NCBI GenBank assembly: GCA_963764725.1 | Contig: CAVXTM010000013.1 | Span: 1-64,000, forward strand | Source: an uncultured Gammaproteobacteria bacterium | Lineage (GTDB): Bacteria > Pseudomonadota > Gammaproteobacteria > JACCXJ01 | Length of the DNA stretch: 64,000 bases | Direction of reading: 5' to 3' | In this document: positions 1 to 12,116 of the stretch, in pieces | Layout of the letters: every line of letters begins with the position of its first letter | Position numbering within the stretch: position 1 is the first letter of the stretch | Translations under genes and position numbers: made by a program | Notes under the pieces: generated by a model | What the model was told of the DNA's origin: nothing | The model's database searches: none | Seen by the model: only the letters and a program-made list of their open reading frames with translations

Positions 1-29
1 AACGCTCTATCCAGCTGAGCTAAGGGCGC
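1..29 (-). tRNA. tRNA 5' end (probably tRNA-Arg), truncated by window edge
   Basis: Reverse complement reads GCGCCCTTAGCTCAGCTGGATAGAGCGTT, an acceptor stem and D-arm typical of tRNA-Arg; anticodon lies outside the window. Confidence 0.75.
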
Positions 30-187
30 GGGGTTTGGGTTAACCGTAGCGATAAGACATCATGCGACACGGGCTGAATTATCGCGGACCACAGCGCCTT
101 AGCGTCTACGTATGGGTTTCCGCTTATAATGGCCTGATTAAAACTATACCACTATTTCCTTAGCAACATCACGAGAGGGAACAATCG

Positions 188-748
188 ATGATCGGCAATG
201 AAGACGCGAATTTCATAAGAACCCTTATCGGCGTGCTCGGCGTGTTGATCGTATTGTCGGTCGTCCTTATGTACTTTTCCAATGCTATTGGCGACGACGA
301 GCCTACCGAGAAAGAAAAACAGGCGATCGCCGAACGTATCGCCCCAGTCGGGCAGGTCGAGGTCGCACCCGCGAGCGAGTCCGTGGCCGCGACCGCCTCC
401 GAACAAATGCTTTCGGCGCAACCGGTGGAGAGTAGACAAGCCCCGGCGCTTGCCGAAAACGCTCCTGCGTTCGGCGCAGACAGCGCTTCTCCCGACGACA
501 AGGGTAACGCGGTCTATGATGGTTCCTGCTTTGCGTGTCATACCAGCGGGGTCGCGGGCGCGCCAAAGATCGGTGATAAGGCGGCCTGGGAACCACGCAT
601 CGCGCAAGGCATGGAGACCTTAGTCGCGCGCGCTATTCAAGGATTTCAAGGCCAGGGCGGAATAATGCCGCCAAAAGGCGGGCGCGCCGACCTGGCGGAC
701 GCAGACGTTAAGGCGGCCGTGATGTATATGGTGGAGCAAAGCCGATAG
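188..748 (+). CDS. Membrane-anchored cytochrome c5
   Basis: N-terminal TM helix, ERIAPVGQV motif, CFACH heme motif, GAPK..W..R, MPPKGG Met ligand. Confidence 0.9.
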   Translation: MIGNEDANFIRTLIGVLGVLIVLSVVLMYFSNAIGDDEPTEKEKQAIAERIAPVGQVEVAPASESVAATASEQMLSAQPVESRQAPALAENAPAFGADSASPDDKGNAVYDGSCFACHTSGVAGAPKIGDKAAWEPRIAQGMETLVARAIQGFQGQGGIMPPKGGRADLADADVKAAVMYMVEQSR

Positions 749-750
749 CC

Positions 751-2892
751 TTATACCGGGCGTAATCCAGCATAGGAAGCCACAAGCCACTTGGCGCCGG
801 CCTGCGCGAAATTAACCTGTACGCGGGAATACTGGCCTTCACCTTCGAGCCGCAGGACGATGCCTTCGCCAAACTTGGCGTGCACTACCCTCTGGCCAAG
901 TCGAAATGCCACATCGTGCTCAGAACGTTGAACATTCCGGGGCATGATCACTGTCCCTAGTCGCACCTCGGCGATCAGTTCCGCAGGCATTTCCGCAATA
1001 AATCTCGACGGTTGCGGACGGTGTTCCGTTCCATGCAGGCGGCGGGTTTCCGCATGGGTGATAATGAGTTTTTCTTTGGCGCGCGTTAACCCCACATAGC
1101 AGAGGCGCCGCTCTTCTTCGAGTTGGGTCGCATCATCGCTAGAGCGTTGGTGCGGAAACAGACCTTCTTCTAAACCCACCAGAAACACGTTGCGAAACTC
1201 CAAGCCTTTGGCGGAGTGCAAGGTCATCAGTTGCACGCTGTCCTCATAGTCGTTGGCCTGCCCCTCGCCGGCTTCCAGGGCTGCAATCGCGAGAAACTCC
1301 GTCAATGCGTCGGCGCCCTCCTCCAAGACTGCGATATAGTCGCCCGCCGCCCGCACAAGCTCTTCAAGATTCTCCAACCGATCGATCTCGCCTGCGGTCT
1401 TTTCCTTGCGGTAATGATCCTCGAGACCGGTTTCGGTGATGACTGTTTTAACCAGGGTGCCGAGAGGCGTATCCATCGCGCCGGCTGACAAGGCCTCAAT
1501 TAAACCTAAAAAGCGGCTTACCGCAGTGGCGCCACGCGCCCCGAGAGCCCCGTCCCCGATCGCCGCTTGAGCCGCCCGCCAAAGGGGCGTCCCGGCGCGC
1601 TTGGCGGTATCCCGGATAATATCCAGGCCGCGTTGGCCGATGCCTCGATTGGGTGTGTTCACCACCCGTTCAAAAGCGGCGTCGTCCTCACGCCAGGCGA
1701 TCAAGCGCAGGTAGGCGAGCACATCCTTGATCTCCGCGCGCTCGTAGAACCGGAACCCCCCGTAGACACGATACGGAATTCCGCATTGGCGTAAGGCCTC
1801 TTCGAAGACCCGAGACTGGGCGCTGGTGCGATAGAGGATCGCGTGATCGTCATAACGACGGCCATGTTCCTGCCAACCCTTTATGCGTTCAACGCAATAG
1901 CGCGCTTCCTCGTGCTCATTGAAGGCAGTGAACAGGATGATGGGCTCGCCGGCCACACCATCGGTCCAAAGCTTCTTGCCGAGCCGGGAGGAGTTATTCC
2001 CGATCACCGCATTGGCGGCCTGCAGTATCGTCGCGGTCGAGCGGTAGTTTTGCTCCAAGCGCACCAGGCGCACGGATTCGAAATCCTTCTGAAACTTTTG
2101 CATATGCTCGACGCGCGCGCCGCGCCAGCCGTAAATCGATTGGTCATCGTCGCCGACGACGAAAAGCTTACCGCTCGTTCCGGTTAGTTGACGCAGCCAC
2201 GCGTACTGGATGGCGTTAGTATCTTGAAACTCATCCACAAGCACTTGTGGGAAGCGCTGCCTATACTGCGCGAGGACCTCTGGGTGGTGACGCCATAGCT
2301 CATGAGCCCGAAGCAAGAGCTCCCCGAAATCCACCAGGCCCGACCCCGCGCAGCGTTCCTCATACGCACGGTAGATCTTGATGAGGGTCTGAGCATGCGG
2401 ATCCGCCACGCCATCAAGATTTTGCGCGCGCAGCCCCTCCTCCTTGCGCGCATTGATAAACCACTGCACTTCGCGCGGGGCCCAAAGCGCATCGTCTAGC
2501 TCGAGGTGACGGATAGAGCGCCTGATAAGCCGCAACTGATCGTCGGCGTCGATGATCTGGAAGTTCCGCGGTAAACCCGTTTCCTGCCAATGGCGCCGGA
2601 GCAGCCGGTGCGCGATCCCATGGAAGGTCCCAACCCAAATCATGCGCAGAGACGACTCCATGAGAGCCTCGATACGGCCTCGCATTTCCGCAGCGGCCTT
2701 GTTGGTGAAGGTGACCGCCAAGATCCCGTGCGGCGAGGCTTGCCGCGTTTCGATGAGCCAAGCGACTCGGTGGGCCAGAACCCGTGTCTTACCGCTTCCG
2801 GCACCCGCGAGAACCAAGGTATTGGCGGGTTCGGCCGTCACCGCATCGCGCTGCGCGGTGTTGAGATGATCGACAATACGCGAGACATCCAC
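751..2892 (-). CDS. uvrD: DNA helicase II
   Basis: AGAGSGKT, VDEFQDTN, LEQNYRST, TLHSAKGLEF, EEERRLCYV; 713 aa. Confidence 0.96.
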   Translation of the reverse strand: MDVSRIVDHLNTAQRDAVTAEPANTLVLAGAGSGKTRVLAHRVAWLIETRQASPHGILAVTFTNKAAAEMRGRIEALMESSLRMIWVGTFHGIAHRLLRRHWQETGLPRNFQIIDADDQLRLIRRSIRHLELDDALWAPREVQWFINARKEEGLRAQNLDGVADPHAQTLIKIYRAYEERCAGSGLVDFGELLLRAHELWRHHPEVLAQYRQRFPQVLVDEFQDTNAIQYAWLRQLTGTSGKLFVVGDDDQSIYGWRGARVEHMQKFQKDFESVRLVRLEQNYRSTATILQAANAVIGNNSSRLGKKLWTDGVAGEPIILFTAFNEHEEARYCVERIKGWQEHGRRYDDHAILYRTSAQSRVFEEALRQCGIPYRVYGGFRFYERAEIKDVLAYLRLIAWREDDAAFERVVNTPNRGIGQRGLDIIRDTAKRAGTPLWRAAQAAIGDGALGARGATAVSRFLGLIEALSAGAMDTPLGTLVKTVITETGLEDHYRKEKTAGEIDRLENLEELVRAAGDYIAVLEEGADALTEFLAIAALEAGEGQANDYEDSVQLMTLHSAKGLEFRNVFLVGLEEGLFPHQRSSDDATQLEEERRLCYVGLTRAKEKLIITHAETRRLHGTEHRPQPSRFIAEMPAELIAEVRLGTVIMPRNVQRSEHDVAFRLGQRVVHAKFGEGIVLRLEGEGQYSRVQVNFAQAGAKWLVASYAGLRPV

Positions 2893-3079
2893 AGGGCGGA
2901 TTGTATCTGATCTTCCGCGCGTCCGGGCCAGCTCATCGCTCCCGGCGCCAGCGTTGGCCCGCGAGCGGACGAACGATGGACATACCTTCAGTGGAACAAC
3001 ACAGGGATCAATGTTTGAGTGCTATAACGTCCACCGCACCGGGTGAAGGACCTAAAGGGCCTCAGGGCGTACCCAAGCC

Positions 3080-4138
3080 CTAGCCGAAATTGATCTTGGC
3101 CTCAAGGTTAGTACGCGAGTCCGCGTTGTTCAAAGCCTCTTCCAATTCGATGCGTCCTTCCTTAAAAAGGTTGTATAACGCCATGTCAAAGGTCTGCATA
3201 CCTTTGACGCCGCTACCCTCCATAGCTTCCTTGATCTTCTCGAGCTCTCCTTTGAGGACCAGATCAGCGATATGCGGCGTATTGACCAATATCTCCACCG
3301 CCGCACAGCGCTTGGCGTCGATACCTTGCACTAGGCGTTGCGAGATAATGGCCCGAACGTTAATAGCGAGATCCATGAACAACTGTTCACGCGCTTCGAG
3401 GGGAAATAGATTGATCACGCGTTCTAAGGCTTGATTCGCGTTGTTGGCGTGCAGCGTCGATAAACACAGATGGCCCGTGTTGCAGAGCTCGATTGCGGCT
3501 TCCATCGTCTCTCGATCCCGAACCTCGCCGATCAGAATCACATCCGGCGCTTCTCGCAGCGCACTCCTCAGCGCATGCCGGTACGATTTAGTATCGATCC
3601 CGATTTCTCGCTGGTTAATGATGGACTTAACATTAGGATGGGAGAACTCGACGGGATCTTCGATGGTTAGAATGTGACTGCTTGAATCGTGATTCCTATG
3701 CCCGATCATGGCGGCGAGCGTTGTCGATTTTCCTGATCCCGTCGCACCCACCATAAGAATAAGGCCTCGCTTGTACATGACGAGAGGCTTGAGGATCTGC
3801 GGCAAGGCTAATTCGTCGATCGTGGGAATCTTGGTGGGAATACGCCGTAACACCATGGCGATCTCCCCTCGCTGCCGGAACACATTGACACGAAAACGCG
3901 CCGATTCGTCTGCTAACGCGATGGCGAAATCACACTCCCAATTCGCTTCAAACATCTCGACCTGATGCGGTTTCATGATCCCGTAGGCGGCCGCTTTCGT
4001 CATCTCGGCCGTCAACAAGGTCTTACCGACGGAACTCAGGTTCCCTTCGATATTAATCTTGACCGTCGCCCCGGAGGTAAAATGCAAATCGCTACCTCGC
4101 TTCTCGACCAAGAGCTTAAGGTACGGTATGATGTCCAT
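3080..4138 (-). CDS. PilT/PilU-family type IV pilus ATPase (second PilU-like paralogue)
   Basis: GATGSGKSTT, EDPVEF, ALREAPDVILIGEVRD, TGHLCLSTLHANN. Confidence 0.9.
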   Translation of the reverse strand: MDIIPYLKLLVEKRGSDLHFTSGATVKINIEGNLSSVGKTLLTAEMTKAAAYGIMKPHQVEMFEANWECDFAIALADESARFRVNVFRQRGEIAMVLRRIPTKIPTIDELALPQILKPLVMYKRGLILMVGATGSGKSTTLAAMIGHRNHDSSSHILTIEDPVEFSHPNVKSIINQREIGIDTKSYRHALRSALREAPDVILIGEVRDRETMEAAIELCNTGHLCLSTLHANNANQALERVINLFPLEAREQLFMDLAINVRAIISQRLVQGIDAKRCAAVEILVNTPHIADLVLKGELEKIKEAMEGSGVKGMQTFDMALYNLFKEGRIELEEALNNADSRTNLEAKINFG

Positions 4139-4198
4139 GGAACCTAGCGCCCGTGATTTAAAATTCGGATCGGAGACTGGTTCTCGCTCTGCTCGGCC

Positions 4199-5365
4199 TT
4201 AGCGCATCATCCCACTGCGCTCGTCGTCGCTGACCAGATTCAAGTGGTCCAATCCGACGGTCATGTCTCCTGATTTTGCCGCCTTACCCTCCAGTTTGAT
4301 TCGGAGCCGCAGCTCATTCATCGAATCGGCGTTACGCAACGCCTCGTCATAGGTAATAAGCTCTTCTTCATGCAAATCGAAGAGCGCCTGGTCAAAGGTC
4401 TTCATTCCGATCTCATTCGAGCGCTGCATGATACCCTTGATCTCATGGACATACCCCTTGCGGACCATATCGGAGATCAGCGGTGAATTGAGGAGAATTT
4501 CAATCGCGGCCACCCTCCCGTCCCCGTTCTTCTTGCGCACAAGGCGCTGGGAAATTACTGCCTTTAAATTTAGCGAGAGATCCATCAGCAGCTGAGGGCG
4601 CCGCTCTTCCGGGAAAAAGTTAATGATCCGGTCCATGGCCTGATTGGAGTTGTTCGCATGCAAGGTCGCCATGGCCAGGTGCCCGGTCTCGGCGAAAGCG
4701 ATACCGAAATCCATAGTCTTGCGATCGCGGATCTCACCCAGCAAAATCACGTCGGGCGCTTGGCGCAGCGAATTTTTCAACGCGATATCCCAGTCATCCG
4801 TATCGACTCCGACTTCCCGCTGGGTAATAATACAGTTCTTGTGTTGATGCACGAACTCTATTGGGTCTTCAATGGTGATGATGTGGCCGTAGCTGTTTTC
4901 GTTACGGTGGTCGATCATCGCCGCAAGACTGGTCGATTTACCGGAACCGGTCGCGCCAACCATGATCACAAGCCCGCGTTTCGCCATTGATATTTCTTTT
5001 AAGCTCTGCGGTAATCCTAGTTTATCCAGGCTCGGCACTACGGTTGCGATCACACGGAGCACCATGCCCGTAAAACCCATGCGTACGAACGCGTTGCAAC
5101 GAAATCGGCCTATTCCTCCCGGGGAGATCGCGAAGTTAGATTCCTTGGTAGCTTCGAATTCCTTGACCTGCTTATCGTTCATGATGGCGTATGCTAGCGC
5201 CTTCGTATTGTTTGAGGTCAACTTGGTCTTCGACACTGGGACGATTTTTCCATCGATTTTTATCGCTGGTGGAAAATCGACCGTTACGAAAAGATCTGAT
5301 CCCTTCTTCTCGACCATGACCTTCAAGAGGTCTCGCATGTACTTAATGGCTTGTTCGCGCTCCAT
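4199..5365 (-). CDS. pilU: Twitching motility ATPase PilU
   Basis: GSDLF, GATGSGKSTS, LRQAPDVILLGEIRD, TLHANNSNQAMDRIINFF; directly downstream of pilT. Confidence 0.92.
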   Translation of the reverse strand: MEREQAIKYMRDLLKVMVEKKGSDLFVTVDFPPAIKIDGKIVPVSKTKLTSNNTKALAYAIMNDKQVKEFEATKESNFAISPGGIGRFRCNAFVRMGFTGMVLRVIATVVPSLDKLGLPQSLKEISMAKRGLVIMVGATGSGKSTSLAAMIDHRNENSYGHIITIEDPIEFVHQHKNCIITQREVGVDTDDWDIALKNSLRQAPDVILLGEIRDRKTMDFGIAFAETGHLAMATLHANNSNQAMDRIINFFPEERRPQLLMDLSLNLKAVISQRLVRKKNGDGRVAAIEILLNSPLISDMVRKGYVHEIKGIMQRSNEIGMKTFDQALFDLHEEELITYDEALRNADSMNELRLRIKLEGKAAKSGDMTVGLDHLNLVSDDERSGMMR

Positions 5366-5397
5366 GACTTGGCTCCTGACTTAGGTTTGTCGCCGCT

Positions 5398-6433
5398 CTA
5401 GAATATTTCCTTGTTCACCGCCATCGTGCGCGCGTCATTACGGCTAACGACATTCCTTTTCACGAGTTCCTGCAGGTTCTGATCTAGCGTCTGCATGCCG
5501 AACTGCGCTCCGGTCTGAATCGCGGAATACATCTGAGCCACCTTGTTTTCACGAATGAGATTACGAATCGCCGGAGTCCCGATCATGATCTCGTGCGCGG
5601 CCACGCGCCCCCCGCCCGTTTTTTTCAATAATGTTTGCGAGATCACCGCCCGAAGCGATTCTGATAGCATCGCACGCATCATGTCCTTCTCGCCCGCGGG
5701 AAATACGTCGAACGATACGATCGATGGTCTTGGCGGCCGAGCTCGTGTGTAAGGTACCGAAGACCAAGTGCCCGGTTTCGGCCGCCGTAAGCGCCAACCG
5801 AATGGTTTCGAGATCGCGCATTTCACCCACGAGGATCACGTCGGGGTCCTCGCGGAGCGCCGAGCGCAGTGCCTCATTAAACCCCAGCGTGTCGCGATGG
5901 ATCTCACGCTGGTTAATCAAGCATTTCTTACTCGTGTGCACGAACTCGATCGGATCCTCAATGGTGAGAACGTGGCCGTACTCCTGCTCGTTGATGTGAT
6001 TGACCATCGCGGCTAGGGTCGTGGATTTCCCGGAGCCCGTGGGTCCCGTGACTAAAACCACGCCGCGCGGATAGTCGGCGATGTCTTTAAATATTTTCGG
6101 CGCCTTGAGATCCTCGAGGGATAGTATGTCGGAGGGGATGGTACGGAAAACGGCACCCGCACCCCGGTTCTGGTTGAAGGCATTGACGCGGAAACGCGCG
6201 AGGTTAGGAATTTCGAAAGAGAAGTCGCATTCCAGGAACTCCTCAAAATCCTTTCGCTGCTTGTCGTTCATGATGTCATAAACGAGGCCGTGCACGACCT
6301 TGTGCTCCAGGGCGGGGACATTTATTCTACGGATGTCGCCATCCACGCGTATCATCGGAGGGAGGCCCGCGGAGAGGTGTAGATCAGAAGCGCCGTTCTT
6401 CACCGAAAAAGCAAGTAGTTCACCGATATCCAT
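5398..6433 (-). CDS. pilT: Twitching motility ATPase PilT, split by a 1-nt frameshift near 5711
   Basis: MDIGELLAFSVKNGASDLHLS...AKTIDRIV in ORF 5561-6433; C-terminus DVFPAGEK...AIRNLIRE in ORF 5398-5826. Confidence 0.92.
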
Positions 6434-6673
6434 TGATTACTCCCCGTCGTATTCTGGAACTTTTGGCTCGCCGTCAACGTATCCTGCGCCTTGGCGTCGG
6501 AATTAAAGATAACCTCACATGTATCGACACATGATTCCATTTCTTTGATGACGCTGACGCAGACTCAACCGCTGGGCTGTATGAGACGCTCCGGAGCACG
6601 CTCTTTTCGTTGCTGTACTCGCCAATGATGAGACCGGCGTTCTAGAATCATTATAGAAGCCAACTGGCCTACC

Positions 6674-7369
6674 ATGGGCCTCACCGCCATCGCAATGCTG
6701 AGATCGCGTATCACCGCTACGGCACGACGCTTTGGCCGAGCGCCGAACAGCGTGAGCCTGATCGCTGTTAGCAAAACGCGAACGAGCACGGAAATACTCG
6801 CTCTCGCTGCCCACGGTCAACGCCTGTTCGGAGAGAATTATCTGCAAGAAGCCTTGCCGAAAATGCGTATGCTTGCCGGTCAACTCCTCGAATGGCACTA
6901 CATCGGCGCTCTCCAGTCGAACAAAACCCAGGAAATCGCGCACGGTTTCACCTGGGTCCATAGCATCGAACGGACAAAGATCGCACAGCGGCTCAATGAG
7001 CATCGGCCGGCTTATCTACCCGCGTTAAATGTATGCATACAAGTTAATCTCAACGCTGAAACTACAAAATCAGGGGTGACCTTACGTGATTTACCGGCGT
7101 TAGCGCGCGAGGTACGCGCGTGCCCACGCTTGCGCTTGCGCGGGCTCATGGCCCTCCCGGCGCCTAATAGGAACTTCGATGAGCAGCGCACTAACTTTCG
7201 CGCGCTGGCCGAGCGGTATCATGCATTACGCGCCGAAGGCATCGACCTCGACACCTTGTCGATGGGGACATCGGAAGATTTCGAGGCCGCAATCGCCGAA
7301 GGCGCGACCATGATACGCATTGGGACGGCTTTATTTGACTCCTGCAGCGAAGCCACGCTCAAAACATGA
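6674..7369 (+). CDS. yggS: PLP homeostasis protein YggS
   Basis: LIAVSKT, FGENYLQE, WHYIGALQSNK, LSMGTSEDFEAAIAEGATMIRIGT. Confidence 0.95.
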   Translation: MGLTAIAMLRSRITATARRFGRAPNSVSLIAVSKTRTSTEILALAAHGQRLFGENYLQEALPKMRMLAGQLLEWHYIGALQSNKTQEIAHGFTWVHSIERTKIAQRLNEHRPAYLPALNVCIQVNLNAETTKSGVTLRDLPALAREVRACPRLRLRGLMALPAPNRNFDEQRTNFRALAERYHALRAEGIDLDTLSMGTSEDFEAAIAEGATMIRIGTALFDSCSEATLKT

Positions 7370-7570
7370 AGGGATTGTGATCTTATTCGGCGGTATTGAT
7401 ACACTCTTAGGGCGTGGCGCGATCCGTTGCCTGCGGAATGTCCCCGCCGCTAACGGGTAAATAAGCGTGCGGTCGGACCGACGCAGTGATCGGCGCCGGT
7501 TCTCGTGCCAACCCCATCGCCAGGGTTCTCGCGGCGATCACTAGAAACTATCAGCAAAAAAGCGGATGTG

Positions 7571-8398
7571 ATGATACAAGGCACCATAGCCCTGATCGGG
7601 TGCGGCAATATGGGGAGGTGCTTGCTTAGCGGTTTAATCGCCGACGGCTACTCGATCCAACGTTTGCGTGTCTCCGACGTCAGAGCGGACCGATTGCGGT
7701 TGATCACAAACCGCTTTCCCGTCTCAACCAGTACCGACAACACGCGCATCATCCAAGGCGCCGATGTCGTCGTGCTTGCGGTTAAGCCTGAGGTGATGAA
7801 GACGGTCGCCACGACGCTTGCGGCGGCGATAGGGTGGCAGCGCCCGCTGGTGATCTCTATTGCCGCCGGTATATCCACTCGCTCGTTATCGCAATGGCTC
7901 GGTCCCGAGGTTGCCATCGTGCGCGCGATGCCCAACACGCCGGCGCTGGTCGGTAGCGGTGCGGCAGCGTTGTTCGCCAACAAATTTGTGCAACAACAAC
8001 ACCGCGAGATCGCCGAGTTAGTGTTCCGCGCCGTCGGGCTTACCGTGTGGCTGGACGACGAAACCTTCATGGATGCGGTCACCGCTGTATCCGGCAGCGG
8101 TCCTGCCTATTTTTTCCTGCTGATGGAACTGATGGAGCGATCGGCCATCGGGATGGGCCTGCCCCGCGATCTGGCGCGCCTGCTGATCCTGCAAACGGCA
8201 TGCGGCGCGGCCAAGATGGCGCTCGAAGCGAGTGTGAGTGCGGCCACCCTGCGTAACCAAGTCACCTCGCCGGGCGGAACGACTGAGCAAGCCATCCGGG
8301 TTCTTCAGGACGCTGGCCTCAGCGGCATCGTCGATCAAGCACTGAAGGCGGCGCAACGGCGCTCCCAAGAATTAGCCAACCTTTTTGGAGAATCCTAA
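7571..8398 (+). CDS. proC: Pyrroline-5-carboxylate reductase
   Basis: IGCGNMG, RAMPNTP, AVSGSGPAY, VTSPGGTT. Confidence 0.95.
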   Translation: MIQGTIALIGCGNMGRCLLSGLIADGYSIQRLRVSDVRADRLRLITNRFPVSTSTDNTRIIQGADVVVLAVKPEVMKTVATTLAAAIGWQRPLVISIAAGISTRSLSQWLGPEVAIVRAMPNTPALVGSGAAALFANKFVQQQHREIAELVFRAVGLTVWLDDETFMDAVTAVSGSGPAYFFLLMELMERSAIGMGLPRDLARLLILQTACGAAKMALEASVSAATLRNQVTSPGGTTEQAIRVLQDAGLSGIVDQALKAAQRRSQELANLFGES

Positions 8399-8973
8399 TG
8401 GCGCCAACCTATTTCACTGACGCCGGCACATTTCTAATCGAGTCCTTGTTCGGCCTCTATATTCTCACCATCATGCTGCGCTTTCTATTCCAGTGGCTGC
8501 GCGCCGATTTCTATAACCCGATCTCACAGTTTGTCGTCAAAGCCACGGCGCCAGTGCTGCGTCCATTGCGGCGTTGGATCCCGGGTCTGGGGGGTATCGA
8601 CATGGCCGCGGTGATTTTGATGTTGACCTTGCAAGGGATCGAGATTTGGGTCGTTTATGTCATGCGTGGATATCATCCCTCGCTGGGGGGGTTATTGCTT
8701 TCATCGGCGGCCGAAATACTGCGGCTTTTGGTCTATGTGTTTCTGATCGCGGTCTTTGCCCGGGTCATCGTGAGTTGGATTAACCCCGACGCATACAACC
8801 CGGCGATTGTGTTGCTCGACACTCTTTCCGAACCGTTGCTTGCGCCCGCCCGGCGCTTAGTACCCCCCCTCGGAGGCTTGGATCTGTCGCCCGTGATCGT
8901 GTTGATTGCGCTGCAGATGGTTTTGATGTTATTCATCGCCCCCTTGACGGATCTGGGCCGCAATCTTTTATGA
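8398..8973 (+). CDS. yggT: YggT-family membrane protein
   Basis: RADFYNPISQF and GGLDLSP repeats; conserved yggS-proC-yggT order. Confidence 0.92.
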   Translation: MAPTYFTDAGTFLIESLFGLYILTIMLRFLFQWLRADFYNPISQFVVKATAPVLRPLRRWIPGLGGIDMAAVILMLTLQGIEIWVVYVMRGYHPSLGGLLLSSAAEILRLLVYVFLIAVFARVIVSWINPDAYNPAIVLLDTLSEPLLAPARRLVPPLGGLDLSPVIVLIALQMVLMLFIAPLTDLGRNLL

Positions 8974-9263
8974 AGCGCTGCCGGGAGCGGGCGGACGGTA
9001 TAGAGATGTGGCTTCGCGTTCATCCGGGACCGATAGCAATCAAGTCGTAGGTCCGTACGGCGACAGGCTTTAGTTAAGCATTGCCTCCCCGGCGATTGGC
9101 GGACAGAGCCAATGAGGCGCTGATATCTTTCCTGGCGTTTGAATTCGCCACCGCCCGATCGCTAGTCGAGATCGCCTCCGGGCAGCGTACGCGCGACAAA
9201 CGGGTTATCATCCGCACCCCCTATCAAGGACCCTGGTGGTGCCGGTCCGATCTAAGCACGTGA
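8970..9263 (+). pseudogene. yggU: YggU/DUF167 protein, frameshifted
   Basis: MKRCRERADGIEMWLRVHPG, then ANEALISFLA...IASGQRTRDKRVII in another frame; position after yggT. Confidence 0.7.
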
Positions 9264-9349
9264 ATGGCCGGCGCGCGCGCAGGCCCACGCGCGGCCGTCT
9301 GTCCGCCGATCACCCTGAACCCAAACGGAGCGACCGGAACATGGTGGGT

Positions 9350-10119
9350 TCAAATCGTGATCTTGTAGTCCATGAGCAGCGGCGCATGATCCGAAAAGCG
9401 CTGTTCCTTATAGATCTGGGCGCGCTTGACCAACGGCGCTAAGGCCGGCGTGACGATCTGATAATGTACGCCATCCCACGTTCTTCGCCATGCCTGGCCA
9501 CGGTTTGACCACCAGGTGTACTGCTCCGGCGCCGAATTGAAACGCCGAAATGCATCGACGAAACCCAACTCGGTGAATACCGCGTCTAGCCATGCCCGTT
9601 CTTCGGGTAAGAATCCGGAATTCTTCTGATTCGAGCGCCAATTCTTCAAGTCGATGTATGGGCAATATTCCAATCTCCGCACACAATGTAATCCCGTTTC
9701 TCACGCCGCATCGCGCGCAATACCTCCATGAATCGAGCGAGGAAATCGAACTTGGCTTGCTGGCGCCCCGCGCTCGATGATCCTGAGGGAACATACACTG
9801 AAATCACGCTCAATGGCCCATAATCGGCTCGCAAGAATCGGCCTTCCCGGTCAAAGTCGGCCCATCCTATGCCATGAGTTACTTTGTCGGGCGGTTTACG
9901 CAGGTACATCGCGACGCCGCAATACCCCTTCTTCTCCGCATCACAAAAATACGCGCGGTAGCCCTTAATAGCGGTGATCGCGTCCTGGAGATCAGCCGCA
10001 TGAGCCTTGGTTTCTTGAAGGCACAGGATATCTGCCTTTTGCGTGGACAACCACTCGAACAAACCCTTGCGGTGGGCGGATCGGATCCCGTTTGCGTTGA
10101 GAGTAATAATACGCAACAT
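9350..10119 (-). CDS. xth: Exodeoxyribonuclease III / Crc-like protein, frameshifted
   Basis: NANGIRSA, LQETKA, CGDWNIAH in ORF 9646-10119; SGFLPEER, YTWWSNRG, SDHAP in ORF 9350-9682. Confidence 0.88.
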
Positions 10120-10264
10120 GGATCCCCTAAGAGCCAGACTCTAGAAGATTCCAGATCGGCGTTTGGACGCAATACACTCCAATCATAATTATACTGATAA
10201 TCATATAGTTGCAGATAATTGCGCGCTCAGGTTATTCGATGTCATTAACGCACGCTACACACGG

Positions 10265-10345
10265 ACAGGCTACGGAGGTGCACTGTACGCGATCGAAGAA
10301 ATCAAGAAGCTTTATCACCTGCCGATCACTAGCTGCGTCGCTCGC
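10265..10345 (+). pseudogene. pyrE: Possible C-terminal remnant of orotate phosphoribosyltransferase
   Basis: GGALYAIEEIKKLYHLPITS resembles the PyrE C-terminus and sits where pyrE normally lies, between crc/xth and argB. Confidence 0.4.
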
Positions 10346-10451
10346 AAACCGCGCGTTAGAGTAAGGCGTTCAGTTTACTCTCACATGGATCGCCGCGACC
10401 AGTAACAGGAATAGCTCGAAGTTAGTCTAATCGTTCTTGATAGGCATCAAT

Positions 10452-11078
10452 ATGGGACAATATTATCGCAACCTCTGTCAGCTTCTAGCGTTGGTTCTGG
10501 TAAGCAGCATCGGCCTCGACGCGAGCGCTGGCATCAAGTGCTGGACAAATAAGGAGGGAGTCCGCGAATGCGGGAACGCCGTACCCGCCGAATACGTCCA
10601 ACAAGGACACACCACATTCAACGCCCAGGGAGTTGCGGTAGGCTATAGAAAACCCGCAAAATCACAAGCGGAGTTTGCGGAAGAAGAACGCGTCAAGGAG
10701 CAGAAAGCAGAAGAAGAGCGTAAGCGTCACGAAGCCGAAAAGGCCGATCGCGTACTCCTAGACACGTTCAGTAGCGAAGATGATTTGGTTTTCGCGCGCG
10801 AGGGCAAGGTGTCCGCGATCGAAGCACAAATTCAACTTACCGAATCGCATATCGAAAAAATTCAGTCCAATGTCGATCGCATGATTGCGATTGCGGCGGA
10901 CCTTGAACGCCGTGGCCAGAAACCCTCGGAACAGGCGATGGCCGATATCGAAAAGGTACGCGCTCAGGTTGCGGAAAACCGCTCGTTTATCGAGACAAAA
11001 AGAAAAGAGCAAGAAAGCGTACGGCAACAGTACGCCACCGACATCGAGCGGTTCAGGAAGCTCAGCGGAATACAGTAA
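10452..11078 (+). CDS. Secreted DUF4124-like coiled-coil protein
   Basis: Signal peptide, IKCWTNKEGVRECGNAVP, DRVLLDTFSSEDDL. Confidence 0.75.
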   Translation: MGQYYRNLCQLLALVLVSSIGLDASAGIKCWTNKEGVRECGNAVPAEYVQQGHTTFNAQGVAVGYRKPAKSQAEFAEEERVKEQKAEEERKRHEAEKADRVLLDTFSSEDDLVFAREGKVSAIEAQIQLTESHIEKIQSNVDRMIAIAADLERRGQKPSEQAMADIEKVRAQVAENRSFIETKRKEQESVRQQYATDIERFRKLSGIQ

Positions 11079-11117
11079 CCAACGACTTGCTCACTCCCGC
11101 ACCGTTTCCCGTGTGGA

Positions 11118-12116
<999 letters not shown>

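Noticed and set aside
2989-3004. Possible LexA box upstream of uvrD (CAGTGGAACAACACAG)
   Set aside because: Mismatch in the conserved CTG half-site; too weak to call
5398-10119. Frameshifts in pilT, yggU and xth (also the FKBP gene at about 63700) as programmed frameshifting or true pseudogenes
   Set aside because: Scattered single-base indels in otherwise well-conserved genes are more simply explained by long-read consensus error; raw reads are needed to decide
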